Below, in pieces: positions 46,682-55,625 of a DNA stretch of 62,799 nucleotides. The DNA comes from an uncultured Myxococcales bacterium (GTDB lineage: Bacteria; Myxococcota_A; UBA9042): NCBI GenBank assembly GCA_903850505.1, contig CAINLT010000295.1:1-62799 (forward strand). Direction: 5' to 3'. Under the pieces are notes generated by a model, which ran no database searches, was not told the origin of the DNA, and saw nothing but the letters and a program-made list of their open reading frames with translations. The position numbers were made by a program, and so were the translations under genes. The stretch's first letter is position 1; every line of letters starts with the position of its first letter.

Positions 46682-47808
46682 TGGCCAACGTCGTAAGCCA
46701 ACTGCATAAAGTCGTGCTTGCCGGCGGTGGCACGGGCGGTCACGTGACGCCCGCGCTCGCGCTCGCCGATGCGTTCCGCGCGCAGGTGCCGGGCTGCGAC
46801 GTGCTGTTCATTGGCACGCCGCAGGGCATGGAAGCGACGCTGGTGCCCAAGCGCGGTTGGCGGATCGAGACCGTGCCGGGCTCGCGGCTGGTCGGCGGCG
46901 GCTTTCTGGCCAAATTCAAGGGCCTCGGCAACCTGCTGCAAGGCATCCTCACGGCCCGCGCGATCCTGAAGCGCGAGCGGCCATCGCTTGTCATCGGCGT
47001 CGGCGGCTATGCGTCCGGTGCGGCGTTGCTGGCGGCCCGCACCCTGGGCATTCCGACGGCGGTTCACGAGTCCAACGCGGTTCCCGGCCTGACGAACCGC
47101 GTGCTTGGCGCGCTTGTCGACCGCGTGTACCTCGGCTTTGCCGCGGCGCGTGGCGATTTCCCGCGCGATTCCTGCGTCGTGTCGGGCAATCCGGTGCGCC
47201 CGGAAATTCGCGTCGTCGGCGGTCAACGCGAGGAGACCTGGAATGGCGCTCAACGCCAGCGCCCGCCGCGCATTCTCGTCGTGGGCGGATCGCAGGGCTC
47301 GGAATTCCTGAACGAGCGCGTCCCCGGCCTGCTGGCGGCGCTCGCGGAACTCGGCGTGACGGTGGAAGTCCGCCATCAGGTCGGCAAGCTCAGCGCCGCG
47401 CCGGTCATTGCGAGCTACGTCGACAATGGCCTGACACACACGGTCGAATCGTTCATCGACGACATGGCCGCAGCCTACGCGTGGGCTGACTTCGCGATCA
47501 CGCGCTCAGGTTCTGGAACGGTCGCTGAACTGGCCGCCGCGAGCCTGCCGGCGCTGCTGGTGCCGTTTCCGCATGCCGCGGGCGACCATCAGGCAGCCAA
47601 CGCCAAGGCTTTCGCGGACGCGGGCGCGGGCGCGTGGGTGCGGCAGGGCGAGTGGAACGAGGCGCGGCTTGCCCACAACCTCAAAGACTTGTTGACCAAT
47701 CCGCTGAAGTGGCAGGCGGCTTCGCTGGCAGCCCGGCAGATGGCCGGTGGCGATGCCGCGCTGGCGGTGGTGGAAGATTGCCAGGAATGGCTGGGGGCGC
47801 GCGGCTGA
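46681..47808 (+). CDS. murG: Lipid II GlcNAc transferase MurG
   Basis: GGGTGGH, GVGGYAS, HESNAVPG, GNPVR, GGSQG, HQAANA. Confidence 0.96.
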   Translation: MANVVSQLHKVVLAGGGTGGHVTPALALADAFRAQVPGCDVLFIGTPQGMEATLVPKRGWRIETVPGSRLVGGGFLAKFKGLGNLLQGILTARAILKRERPSLVIGVGGYASGAALLAARTLGIPTAVHESNAVPGLTNRVLGALVDRVYLGFAAARGDFPRDSCVVSGNPVRPEIRVVGGQREETWNGAQRQRPPRILVVGGSQGSEFLNERVPGLLAALAELGVTVEVRHQVGKLSAAPVIASYVDNGLTHTVESFIDDMAAAYAWADFAITRSGSGTVAELAAASLPALLVPFPHAAGDHQAANAKAFADAGAGAWVRQGEWNEARLAHNLKDLLTNPLKWQAASLAARQMAGGDAALAVVEDCQEWLGARG

Positions 47809-47827
47809 AAAGCCCGTGAAAAAAGCT

Positions 47828-48979
47828 ATGGATACGCGCAATTACATCAAGCGTCAGACCAAAGTTCGCAACGTTCGCCGGGCGCGCATCGTGACGTGGC
47901 GCGAGCGGCTGGAGAGTGCACGGTCGTCCTGGCACGCGTGGCAAGCCAAGCGCGCCGAGCGGGCGGAAGCAGCGGAGGAGAACGACGCGCCGCGCTTTCC
48001 GTGGGTCAAGCTCCTCGGCGCGCTGGCCGTGCTGGCGTGCGTGACCCAGTTGGTCTACGCGGCTGGGATCTTTGAGCAATACACCGTTCGGACCCAGCAT
48101 TTTCACGTCGCGAAGTTTGAAGTGCTCGGCCAGAAACGCGTCGATCGCCAGGCGATTATCGACGCTTCAGGCGTGAAGCCAGGCGCGTCGCTGACGGCGC
48201 TTGACCCCGTCGTCGTTCAGCGGACCGTGGAAGCGCTGCCGTGGGTGCGGACCGCGCGCGTCGATGCGCAACTGCCGTCGACGCTTGTCATCCGCGTTTC
48301 CGAATACCAGCCGTTCGCCCTGCTGCTCAGCGACACGGGCAAGCTGTTGCTGGTGGACCGCGGCGGGTTCGTCTTCAAGGAAGCGGATGCCGGCGAGGCG
48401 ACGGACCTGCCGATCATCACGGGACTGAGCGCCGGGCTGTCGCGCGATGTGCCGGTCGTCGATCAGCGCGCCGCCAAGGACAATGCGCCGCTCACTGCGC
48501 ACGAGACGCCGACGCAGCGACGCCTGTCGGATCTGCTGCGTTTGATCGACGCGCATGCCGCCAGTCCGCTGTCAGTGCGCTTCCCGCTGTCGGAAGTGCA
48601 TTGGGATCCAGTCCTGGGCACAACGCTGATTTCCGCCAATGATGGCGGCGAGATTCGGCTCGGCCACGCGCTGGAGACGGATCTGGGGCGGGCGTTCTCG
48701 CTCGTCGGCCGTTTGCTGGACCGGATTGACCGCCGTGGCGAATGGCTGCAATACGCGCTGCTGGACGACGACGTGCGCCAGGATCGCGCGGTCGTGCGCG
48801 CGCTGCCGCTGCCGCAGAAGCCGGGCGATGAACTGACCCAAGCGGGAGCGTCGGCGCAAGTCGGCGCGCCCGCAGCGGCAAACGCGCCCTCGGGTGCGCC
48901 GGCCGCAGCGGACAAGGATGCCAAGACGGTCAAGACGGCGACGGTCAAGCTGCCGGGCGACGACAATCAGGACGACTAG
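47828..48979 (+). CDS. ftsQ: Cell division protein FtsQ/DivIB
   Basis: TM helix plus POTRA domain (LPWVRTARV..LPSTLVIRVSE), directly before ftsA. Confidence 0.88.
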   Translation: MDTRNYIKRQTKVRNVRRARIVTWRERLESARSSWHAWQAKRAERAEAAEENDAPRFPWVKLLGALAVLACVTQLVYAAGIFEQYTVRTQHFHVAKFEVLGQKRVDRQAIIDASGVKPGASLTALDPVVVQRTVEALPWVRTARVDAQLPSTLVIRVSEYQPFALLLSDTGKLLLVDRGGFVFKEADAGEATDLPIITGLSAGLSRDVPVVDQRAAKDNAPLTAHETPTQRRLSDLLRLIDAHAASPLSVRFPLSEVHWDPVLGTTLISANDGGEIRLGHALETDLGRAFSLVGRLLDRIDRRGEWLQYALLDDDVRQDRAVVRALPLPQKPGDELTQAGASAQVGAPAAANAPSGAPAAADKDAKTVKTATVKLPGDDNQDD

Positions 48980-48992
48980 CCGCCCAAAGCGG

Positions 48993-49021
48993 CTGACGGG
49001 AAACGGGTTTACAGTTATAAA
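48993..49021 (+). promoter_or_regulatory. Possible internal sigma70 promoter for ftsA-ftsZ
   Basis: CTGACG N17 TATAAA in an AT-rich patch after a short hairpin (AGCCGC/GCGGCT, 48978-48994). Confidence 0.4.
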
Positions 49022-49045
49022 ATGCAAGCAAAACGGGGGATTCAG

Positions 49046-50302
49046 ATGGCGCGAAAGGAAGAGATCATTGTGGGGTTGGACGTCGGCACGCACAAAGTCG
49101 TGGCGATTGTCGGTGAAGTGAAGAGCGACGGCGGAATCGACATCATCGGCGTGGGGACGTCGGCGTCGAACGGCATCCGCAAGGGCGTCGTGGTCAACGT
49201 CAACGAGACGATGGAAGCGATCCAGCGCGCCGTGCATGAAGCCGAGCTGATGGCGGGCTGCACCGTCAACGCCGTCTACGTGTCGGTTTCGGGCAAGGAT
49301 CTCAAGTCCTTCAACAACCGCGGTGTCGTCGCCGTCCAGAACCGCGAAGTGACGGAGATGGACGTGCAGCGCGTGCTCGAGAACGCGAAGGCCGTGCAGA
49401 TCCCCGCCGACCGCACGATCCTGCACACCGTGCCGCAGGAATTCCTGGTCGATGACAACGACGGCATCCGCTACCCCATCGGCATCAGCGGCGTGCGCTT
49501 GCAGGTCAACGTCCACATCATCACGGCGCTGAACTCCGGCGTGCAGAACGTGGTGCAGTGCGCGGAGCGTGCCGGCTTGCATGTGCTGAAGTCGTCCGCT
49601 GAAATGCTGGCTTCCGGTCGCGCGGTGCTGGAAGATGACGAGAAGGAGCTCGGCGTGGTGCTCGTCGACATCGGCGGCGGCACGACCGACATCGCCATCT
49701 ACCACAACGGCTTCGTGGTCCACTCCGCTGTCCTCCCCGTCGGCGGCGATCACATCACCAATGACATCGCCGTCGGATTGCGGACGCCCAAGGCGGAGGC
49801 CGAGCGCATCAAGATCCAGCACGGCTGCGCGCTGTCGACCATGGTCACGGACGACGAGAACATCGAAGTCGCGTGCGTGGGCGGCCGCGAGCCGATCGTG
49901 CGCAAGCGCAAGCTCCTGTGCGACATCGTCGAGCCGCGGATGGAAGAAATCTACCGGCTGATCGAACGCGCGATCCAGGCGTCGAACTTCGCCGACGTGC
50001 TCGGCTCCGGCGTCGTCATCACCGGCGGTACGGCGCTGCTGCCGGGCTGCGCGGAATTGGGCGAAGACGTGCTGGGTTTGCCAGTGCGGGTTGGCTATCC
50101 TCGGCAGGTCGGTGGCCTGCGCGACATGATCAATTCGCCGGTGTTCTCGACGGCGCTGGGTTTGGTGCTGCAGGGTTGTGACGACGAGAACGAAACCGCC
50201 AAGGACGCCGGTCGCACCCGACGCGCCAGCAGCAAAGCCGCCAAGACCGCCGGCAACGGCATCTCGGCCCGCATCAAGGGTTGGCTCAGCGAAGTCTTCT
50301 AA
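49046..50302 (+). CDS. ftsA: Cell division protein FtsA
   Basis: GLDVGTHK, GIRKG, DIGGGTTD, AERIK, VITGG; C-terminal amphipathic helix. Confidence 0.97.
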   Translation: MARKEEIIVGLDVGTHKVVAIVGEVKSDGGIDIIGVGTSASNGIRKGVVVNVNETMEAIQRAVHEAELMAGCTVNAVYVSVSGKDLKSFNNRGVVAVQNREVTEMDVQRVLENAKAVQIPADRTILHTVPQEFLVDDNDGIRYPIGISGVRLQVNVHIITALNSGVQNVVQCAERAGLHVLKSSAEMLASGRAVLEDDEKELGVVLVDIGGGTTDIAIYHNGFVVHSAVLPVGGDHITNDIAVGLRTPKAEAERIKIQHGCALSTMVTDDENIEVACVGGREPIVRKRKLLCDIVEPRMEEIYRLIERAIQASNFADVLGSGVVITGGTALLPGCAELGEDVLGLPVRVGYPRQVGGLRDMINSPVFSTALGLVLQGCDDENETAKDAGRTRRASSKAAKTAGNGISARIKGWLSEVF

Positions 50303-50353
50303 CCCAAACAACGCCGCGTCCACGACGCCACCCCTACCCTCACGAGGTCCACC

Positions 50354-51745
50354 ATGTTTGAATCCATCCAAATCGAATCGCCGACCGTGTTCGGCGCCAA
50401 AATCAAAGTCATCGGCGTCGGCGGCGGCGGCGGCAATGCCGTCAACAACCTGATCGAGGCCGAGCTCGGCCACATCGAGTACATGGTCGCCAATACCGAC
50501 GCACAGGCCCTGGGCCGCAGTCGCGCCGGTACGCGTCTTCAGCTCGGCCAGATGCTGACGCGCGGTCTCGGCGCTGGCGGCAAGCCGGAGATGGGCCACA
50601 AAGCGGCGCTGGAAGACATGGAAGCGCTGCAAGCGGCGGTCGCGGATGCGGACATGGTGTTCATCACCGCGGGCATGGGCGGCGGCACGGGCACGGGCGC
50701 GGCACCGGTGATTGCCCAGGCTGCGCGGGCGGCGGGCGCCTTGACGGTGGCGGTCGTGACGCGGCCGTTTGGCTTTGAAGGCATCAACCGCAGCAAGCAG
50801 GCAGAAGACGGCCTGCGCGAGTTGGCGGAACACGTCGACACGCTCATCGTGATCCCCAACGACCGCATTCTCAGCGTCGCGGATCGCAAGATCAGCTTCA
50901 AGGACGCGTTCAAGATGGTGGATGCCGTCGTCGTGGAAGCGGTCCGCGGCATCTCGGACATCATCCTCACGCCGGGCCTCGTCAACGTCGACTTCGCCGA
51001 CGTGGTCGCCATCATGAAAGGCAAAGGCATGGCGCTCATGGGCACCGGCCGCGCTTCCGGCGATGACCGCGCGCGCGCGGCTGCCCGTCAGGCGATCTCC
51101 AGCCCGCTGCTGGAAGACGCCCGCGTGGAAGGCGCGACTGGCCTGCTGGTGGCGATCGCCGGCGCGGATCTGAGCCTCGCTGACATCAACGACGCGATGA
51201 CGCTGATCCAGGAATCGGCCGCGGCGGAGACCAACACGATCTTTGGCGCCATCATCGACGAGAGCCTGGGCGACGACATCAAGGTGACGGTTGTGGCGAC
51301 GGGTTTTGACCGCCTGCAGCAGATTCGCTCGCTGGAGATGGTGCAGCAGCTGTCCCCGCGGGAGCGCCAGCTGAATGTTCCGCCGCCGCCGCCGCCGACG
51401 GCTTCCTCGCTGCGGGTGACCGCGCCGCTGGAGCTGACGGGCGTGCAGGACGTGCGCATCTACGCGACGGCTGGTCGCGGCGATGTGATGCAAGTGGCCC
51501 ACGCCGCGCCGCCGCCGGTGCCGGTCGCGATGCCGTCCGCGCGTCGTCAGGGCAATGAGAACCTGCCGATCGACCTGGACGAGCCGGCCTACACGCGGCG
51601 CACGCCGTCGTATGGCACGAGCCACGCGCAGGTGCAGCAGTCGCTCAACCAGAGTCCGCTGGCCAAGCGCGAGCCGATTGTCGGCAATCCCTTCGCCAAT
51701 GAAGACGGCACGGAGATGGATCGCCCGGCGTTCATGCGCAAATAA
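50354..51745 (+). CDS. ftsZ: Cell division protein FtsZ
   Basis: GVGGGGGNA, GGGTGTGAAP, NVDFADV; C-terminal DRPAFMRK. Confidence 0.98.
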   Translation: MFESIQIESPTVFGAKIKVIGVGGGGGNAVNNLIEAELGHIEYMVANTDAQALGRSRAGTRLQLGQMLTRGLGAGGKPEMGHKAALEDMEALQAAVADADMVFITAGMGGGTGTGAAPVIAQAARAAGALTVAVVTRPFGFEGINRSKQAEDGLRELAEHVDTLIVIPNDRILSVADRKISFKDAFKMVDAVVVEAVRGISDIILTPGLVNVDFADVVAIMKGKGMALMGTGRASGDDRARAAARQAISSPLLEDARVEGATGLLVAIAGADLSLADINDAMTLIQESAAAETNTIFGAIIDESLGDDIKVTVVATGFDRLQQIRSLEMVQQLSPRERQLNVPPPPPPTASSLRVTAPLELTGVQDVRIYATAGRGDVMQVAHAAPPPVPVAMPSARRQGNENLPIDLDEPAYTRRTPSYGTSHAQVQQSLNQSPLAKREPIVGNPFANEDGTEMDRPAFMRK

Positions 51746-51757
51746 GGGCGGCATCTG

Positions 51758-52261
51758 ATGGCTGAAGGCAATCCGCAGACGCAGCGCCGCATCGGCTTTG
51801 CGGTGATTCTGGCGCTGGCGTGCATCGTGGCGCTTGCGCAGATTGTCGGCAGCAAGCGCCACGACGACGACGGCATCGACAAGGGCATCCGCGCGCTGGA
51901 AGCGGCTGCGCACGGGCCGCGCGACGAACGGGAAGAACACTTGGCCAAGGCCGAGCACTTCTTTGCCGCGTCGACGGGGACGATTGTCGTCGAGCCGCAG
52001 GCGATCGTGGGTCTGGGGCTTGTCGAGCAGATGGAGGGCGCGCTGGGCAAACCGGATCCGGTGGCGCCCGACCTCGCGCAACTGGACGAGAAGCAGGCGG
52101 CGGCACACGCACAAGCGCTCATGGCGCGTGGCAAACCGGAAGCGGCGCTGGCGTATCTGGCGCAGCCGCAAGTGCGGGCGCGGGCGGGACGCGGACTGGC
52201 GGTGATTGCGCGGTTTGCCGAACGCTGGCTCGCGGCGAACAACAAGGCGCCGACGCCCTAG
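51758..52261 (+). CDS. Hypothetical membrane-anchored helical protein
   Basis: N-terminal TM helix; starts 12 bp after ftsZ. Confidence 0.6.
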   Translation: MAEGNPQTQRRIGFAVILALACIVALAQIVGSKRHDDDGIDKGIRALEAAAHGPRDEREEHLAKAEHFFAASTGTIVVEPQAIVGLGLVEQMEGALGKPDPVAPDLAQLDEKQAAAHAQALMARGKPEAALAYLAQPQVRARAGRGLAVIARFAERWLAANNKAPTP

Positions 52262-52279
52262 CAGTCCACCACGCTGCGA

Positions 52280-53587
52280 TCACCGCATCGACGACTTGAC
52301 GCGCGAGCCGTCGCTCAGGTTGCTGCGCGCCACTTGTGTGCCCACCATGTGCATCTCCTTGAGCGCCATCTCCTCCACAAAGTGGCTGAGTTGCTCACGC
52401 GCCTCCACCAGCCGCTGCATGTGCGCGCGGATCTCCGGGTCGTCTTTGCCCATGTTGGCCAGTTGCGCGATCGCCTCGTCCAGCCGCCGGCGCACCGCGT
52501 TGAACTCGCCGCGGCGGTTCCGTTCCAGCACGCCCAGCAGCGCCCGCGCCGCGACAACCGCCGCCGCTGCCCGCAGCACGCCAAAATCGCGGGGCTGCTC
52601 GTCATTGGCGCGGTGATTGGCCAGCCGCCAACTCACAAGCTGCACCGGCAACTCCAGCGGGCCATCGGCGTCCGACAGGCGGGCTTCCACTGAAGGCGGA
52701 TCGCCGTCGGCCGCACGCGGCAGCAGCGCCGTGACGATCAGGTCCACGCACTGGTCGCTGACCAGGTCGCCGAGCTCCACGCGCAGGTGCGTGCCCGTCC
52801 AAATCGCCGGATAGTCGCTCAGCAATTCCAGCCGCACGCCCTGCGACGGCCACAGCTCCACAACGACGCCGCGGGCGACAACGTCCATCGCGTCGTTGAT
52901 CTCCGCAGCGAGGATCGCCGCGAGCTGCGCGGCCTTTCGCACGTAGTAGAACTGCCCGGCGCCGGCCTTGGACATCGCCGCCAGCAGCTCCTCGTTGAAG
53001 TCTTCACCGATGCCCAGTGCGGTCGTCGCGATCCCCAGCGCCCGACGCCGCCGCGCCGCCTCGCTCAGCTCCAGCACCGAACTCGGGCCGTGATTGGCCT
53101 GCCCGTCGGTCACCACGATGCAGCGGCCAATCGCCTGCGGATTCTGCACGCGCGCCAATTCACCGCACGCCGTATCCCAGCCCGCGTGCAGCGCCGTCGA
53201 CCCGCGCGCTTCGATGCCGTCCAGCGCGCGCTGCGCCAGCATCACCGTCTGCGGCGTGACCGGCGCTCCCGCCGCGACCACGTCGACGCGGTCGTCAAAC
53301 ACCGTCACGGCAAAATGGTCGCCCGCCTGCAGTTGCTGCAGCGCGGCAACGACCGCCTGACGCGCCAGCACCATCTTCTCGCCGCCCATGGAACCGGAAC
53401 GGTCGAGCGCAAACGCCACCTGCACCGGCAGCCGCTCCTTGTGCGCCTCCGCGATGGCCGCTTGCACGCCAATTTGCAGGTAACGCAGGCTGCGCGCGCC
53501 TGAGCGGCCAAGCGCGCGATCCGTCGTCGCCGACATCCCCTGCAGACCCTGATTCATCTTGTCATCGGGCACTTCAACCTGGGACAT
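52280..53587 (-). CDS. von Willebrand factor A domain protein
   Basis: MIDAS DRSGS, GSTAL, VTDGQAN, GIGEDFNEELL. Confidence 0.9.
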   Translation of the reverse strand: MSQVEVPDDKMNQGLQGMSATTDRALGRSGARSLRYLQIGVQAAIAEAHKERLPVQVAFALDRSGSMGGEKMVLARQAVVAALQQLQAGDHFAVTVFDDRVDVVAAGAPVTPQTVMLAQRALDGIEARGSTALHAGWDTACGELARVQNPQAIGRCIVVTDGQANHGPSSVLELSEAARRRRALGIATTALGIGEDFNEELLAAMSKAGAGQFYYVRKAAQLAAILAAEINDAMDVVARGVVVELWPSQGVRLELLSDYPAIWTGTHLRVELGDLVSDQCVDLIVTALLPRAADGDPPSVEARLSDADGPLELPVQLVSWRLANHRANDEQPRDFGVLRAAAAVVAARALLGVLERNRRGEFNAVRRRLDEAIAQLANMGKDDPEIRAHMQRLVEAREQLSHFVEEMALKEMHMVGTQVARSNLSDGSRVKSSMR

Positions 53588-53590
53588 GAC

Positions 53591-54100
53591 TTACCTCCCT
53601 GACTTGTAGTTGAGATCACTGTTGAGCTTCTGGGCAAAATCCAGGAGCCGCTGCACACGCCGGTTCGCCGCGACGCCGAGAGGCCGCCGCAGATGCAGCT
53701 CCACCCCCGGCTCGAGCATGATGCGCTCCCACTGCGAGCGCGCGAGGCCTTCGTCCGGCCGCGAGACCGCCATCGGCTCGGGCGGCATCGGCGCGGAGAG
53801 CGTGGGCTGATAGACCGGCGGCGGCACGGGCAGGAACTGCGGGAGCGCGTCGACCGGCGTCGTCTCCAGGATCGCGCGGATCTTGGAGAGTTGCATGCCG
53901 TCGGCCTGCATCTGGCGGATGAAGCGGAGTCGCTCCACGTGCTCCGCGGGATAGCGGGACGCCGGACCCGCGCCGACCGGCGGCGTCAGCAGACCGTTGA
54001 GAATGTAGAACCGGACGGTGCGGCGGTTCTCACCGGTCGCATCGCACAGCGCTTCCAAGGTCAGCGGCTGAAGCGGTTTGGGAATTTGGGGCTTGGTCAT
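53591..54100 (-). CDS. MerR-type HTH regulator
   Basis: RTVRFYILNGLL..Y..HVERLRFIRQMQ..LSKI; C-terminal WERIMLEPGVELH. Confidence 0.82.
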   Translation of the reverse strand: MTKPQIPKPLQPLTLEALCDATGENRRTVRFYILNGLLTPPVGAGPASRYPAEHVERLRFIRQMQADGMQLSKIRAILETTPVDALPQFLPVPPPVYQPTLSAPMPPEPMAVSRPDEGLARSQWERIMLEPGVELHLRRPLGVAANRRVQRLLDFAQKLNSDLNYKSGR

Positions 54101-54144
54101 CAGACTTGCTCGCCGATGTCGCGCTGGCATCGTGAACATAGTTG

Positions 54145-54169
54145 TGACAGTTCTCATGTCGCGTGTCAA
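54145..54169 (-). promoter_or_regulatory. TTGACA -35 box overlapped by a TGACA-N14-TGTCA palindrome (candidate operator)
   Basis: TGACA at 54145-54149 and TGTCA at 54164-54168, upstream of the MerR-type gene. Confidence 0.5.
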
Positions 54170-54393
54170 GTAAGATTTTCCCGGCACGGCAAACGCAAGC
54201 GGCAAGCGCACTTGGCACAGGCGCCACTGCGCGGGACACGGCCCTGGCTGATTCTGCTGGCTACTTCAGCCCGGCCGCGGCTTCCACTTGCGCATCCGTC
54301 CAGACGATCGGCGGTTGCGCCCATGGGTCGCTGACGACCACCTGACCCGCGACGCTCCGGATCAGCCCGCGCACGCTCGACGGGCCGCGCCGG

Positions 54394-55251
54394 TCATTTC
54401 CCAATCTTGGCCGCCTGCAGACCCAAGGGCGGCACGCCGTTGGTCAGCCAGCCCCCGACGCATTTCAGGCGCTGCGTGCTGAACGTCATGCCGTCCTTGT
54501 GCGCCGTCCAGGTGTAGATTCCCGGCGTGGCCCCGGCGATCAGCACGCCGCCGTCGGTGGTCGTCATCGCCAGCGTCTTGTCCGGCACCGTGCTGGTGTT
54601 GAAGTAGAATGGCCCGTTCGCTTGTGGCAGCGTTGGTTCAGTCGTCACCGTCGCGCCCGGCTCGCCCGGCGCCCACCACAGGCCCTGGCTGTCGCCCATG
54701 GCCGTCACCGTCACGACCATCTGGCATTGCGTCGGATCGGTCGGGTCAAACCCCATCATCGCGCCGAGGTAGACGGCGATGAGCCGGGTGACGACCTGGA
54801 AGTTCACGTTCGCGACGTCCTTGGTGCCGATGGGGATGACCGGCGACAAGCTCGGAAAATAGTCCGGATGCACGACGGCGACCGTGAACGCGCCGCCCTC
54901 TGGCAGCCCGCTGAACGTGAAGCTGCCGTCCAGGGCCACGGGCTGTGAGACGGAGGGAAACTCCAGCAGGTAGGCAGTGGCGCCCGTGACGTCCTTCTGC
55001 TGCTCAATAGCGCCCGGGCCTTTTGCATCAAAAAAGAAGGCCGCGCCGCTAAGCTTGCGATCGCCAGCAACCCACACGGGACCGCTGTCTGGTGCCGCCG
55101 CATCTTGGGACGCGCTGTCTGCCGTCGCTGGGGCGTCCTGCCCGGCCATGTCGACGAGCGCTGCGGCGTCTTGCCCGAGCGCGCTGTCCTTGACCGTGCC
55201 CGAGCAGCCCAACAGGCAGACGGTCGCCATCCAAGTGAAGATTTGCCGCAT
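54394..55251 (-). CDS. Hypothetical lipoprotein with carboxypeptidase-regulatory-like beta-sandwiches
   Basis: LLGC lipobox; DGSFTFSGLP, PGIYTWTAHKDG. Confidence 0.7.
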   Translation of the reverse strand: MRQIFTWMATVCLLGCSGTVKDSALGQDAAALVDMAGQDAPATADSASQDAAAPDSGPVWVAGDRKLSGAAFFFDAKGPGAIEQQKDVTGATAYLLEFPSVSQPVALDGSFTFSGLPEGGAFTVAVVHPDYFPSLSPVIPIGTKDVANVNFQVVTRLIAVYLGAMMGFDPTDPTQCQMVVTVTAMGDSQGLWWAPGEPGATVTTEPTLPQANGPFYFNTSTVPDKTLAMTTTDGGVLIAGATPGIYTWTAHKDGMTFSTQRLKCVGGWLTNGVPPLGLQAAKIGK

Positions 55252-55547
55252 GTTGTGTCCGTGTCAGGCGCGATTGCCGGGAGCGGGCCTGTGCCTACCG
55301 GCCCGGGAAGCTACGCGTCGGCGGTGTCGCGGTCAACACGCGCCGCATCAGGTCGTTGCCAGCTGCCTGAGGTCGTGGAACGGATTGTTGCTGAAGTTTC
55401 GGCACGACAACGCACGCCGCAATCGCCGATCAGCCTGCGGTATTCGCCGCGCCACGCCGCGCAAAATTCCCCGGTGCGAACCTGCCCGCCGCGTCACCTG
55501 CCGTGCTCCCAAGCGTCTGCGTTGCGGTTTCGCGTTGAAGCTGCACC

Positions 55548-55564
55548 TTGGCACGACCCTTGCT
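55548..55564 (+). promoter_or_regulatory. Sigma54 (-24/-12) promoter
   Basis: TTGGCACGACCCTTGCT fits the YTGGCACG-N4-TTGCW consensus exactly, about 60 bp before the ATG at 55626. Confidence 0.85.
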
Positions 55565-55625
55565 CTGATCTGGACGACCTGCGTGCGGGCTCACGCAGCG
55601 CGCAAAATGGGTGGGAGGTGTGTTC

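Noticed and set aside
38774-52171. Very long antisense ORFs (38774-42775, 44156-46246, 48572-52171; likewise 852-3194, 26110-28680, 29219-32506)
   Set aside because: Shadow frames of well-recognised genes, expected from high-GC codon bias; Arg/Ala-rich and without motifs.
54182-54197. CGGCACGGCAAACGCA with sigma54 GG-N10-GC spacing
   Set aside because: Poor -12 box and no plus-strand gene downstream.
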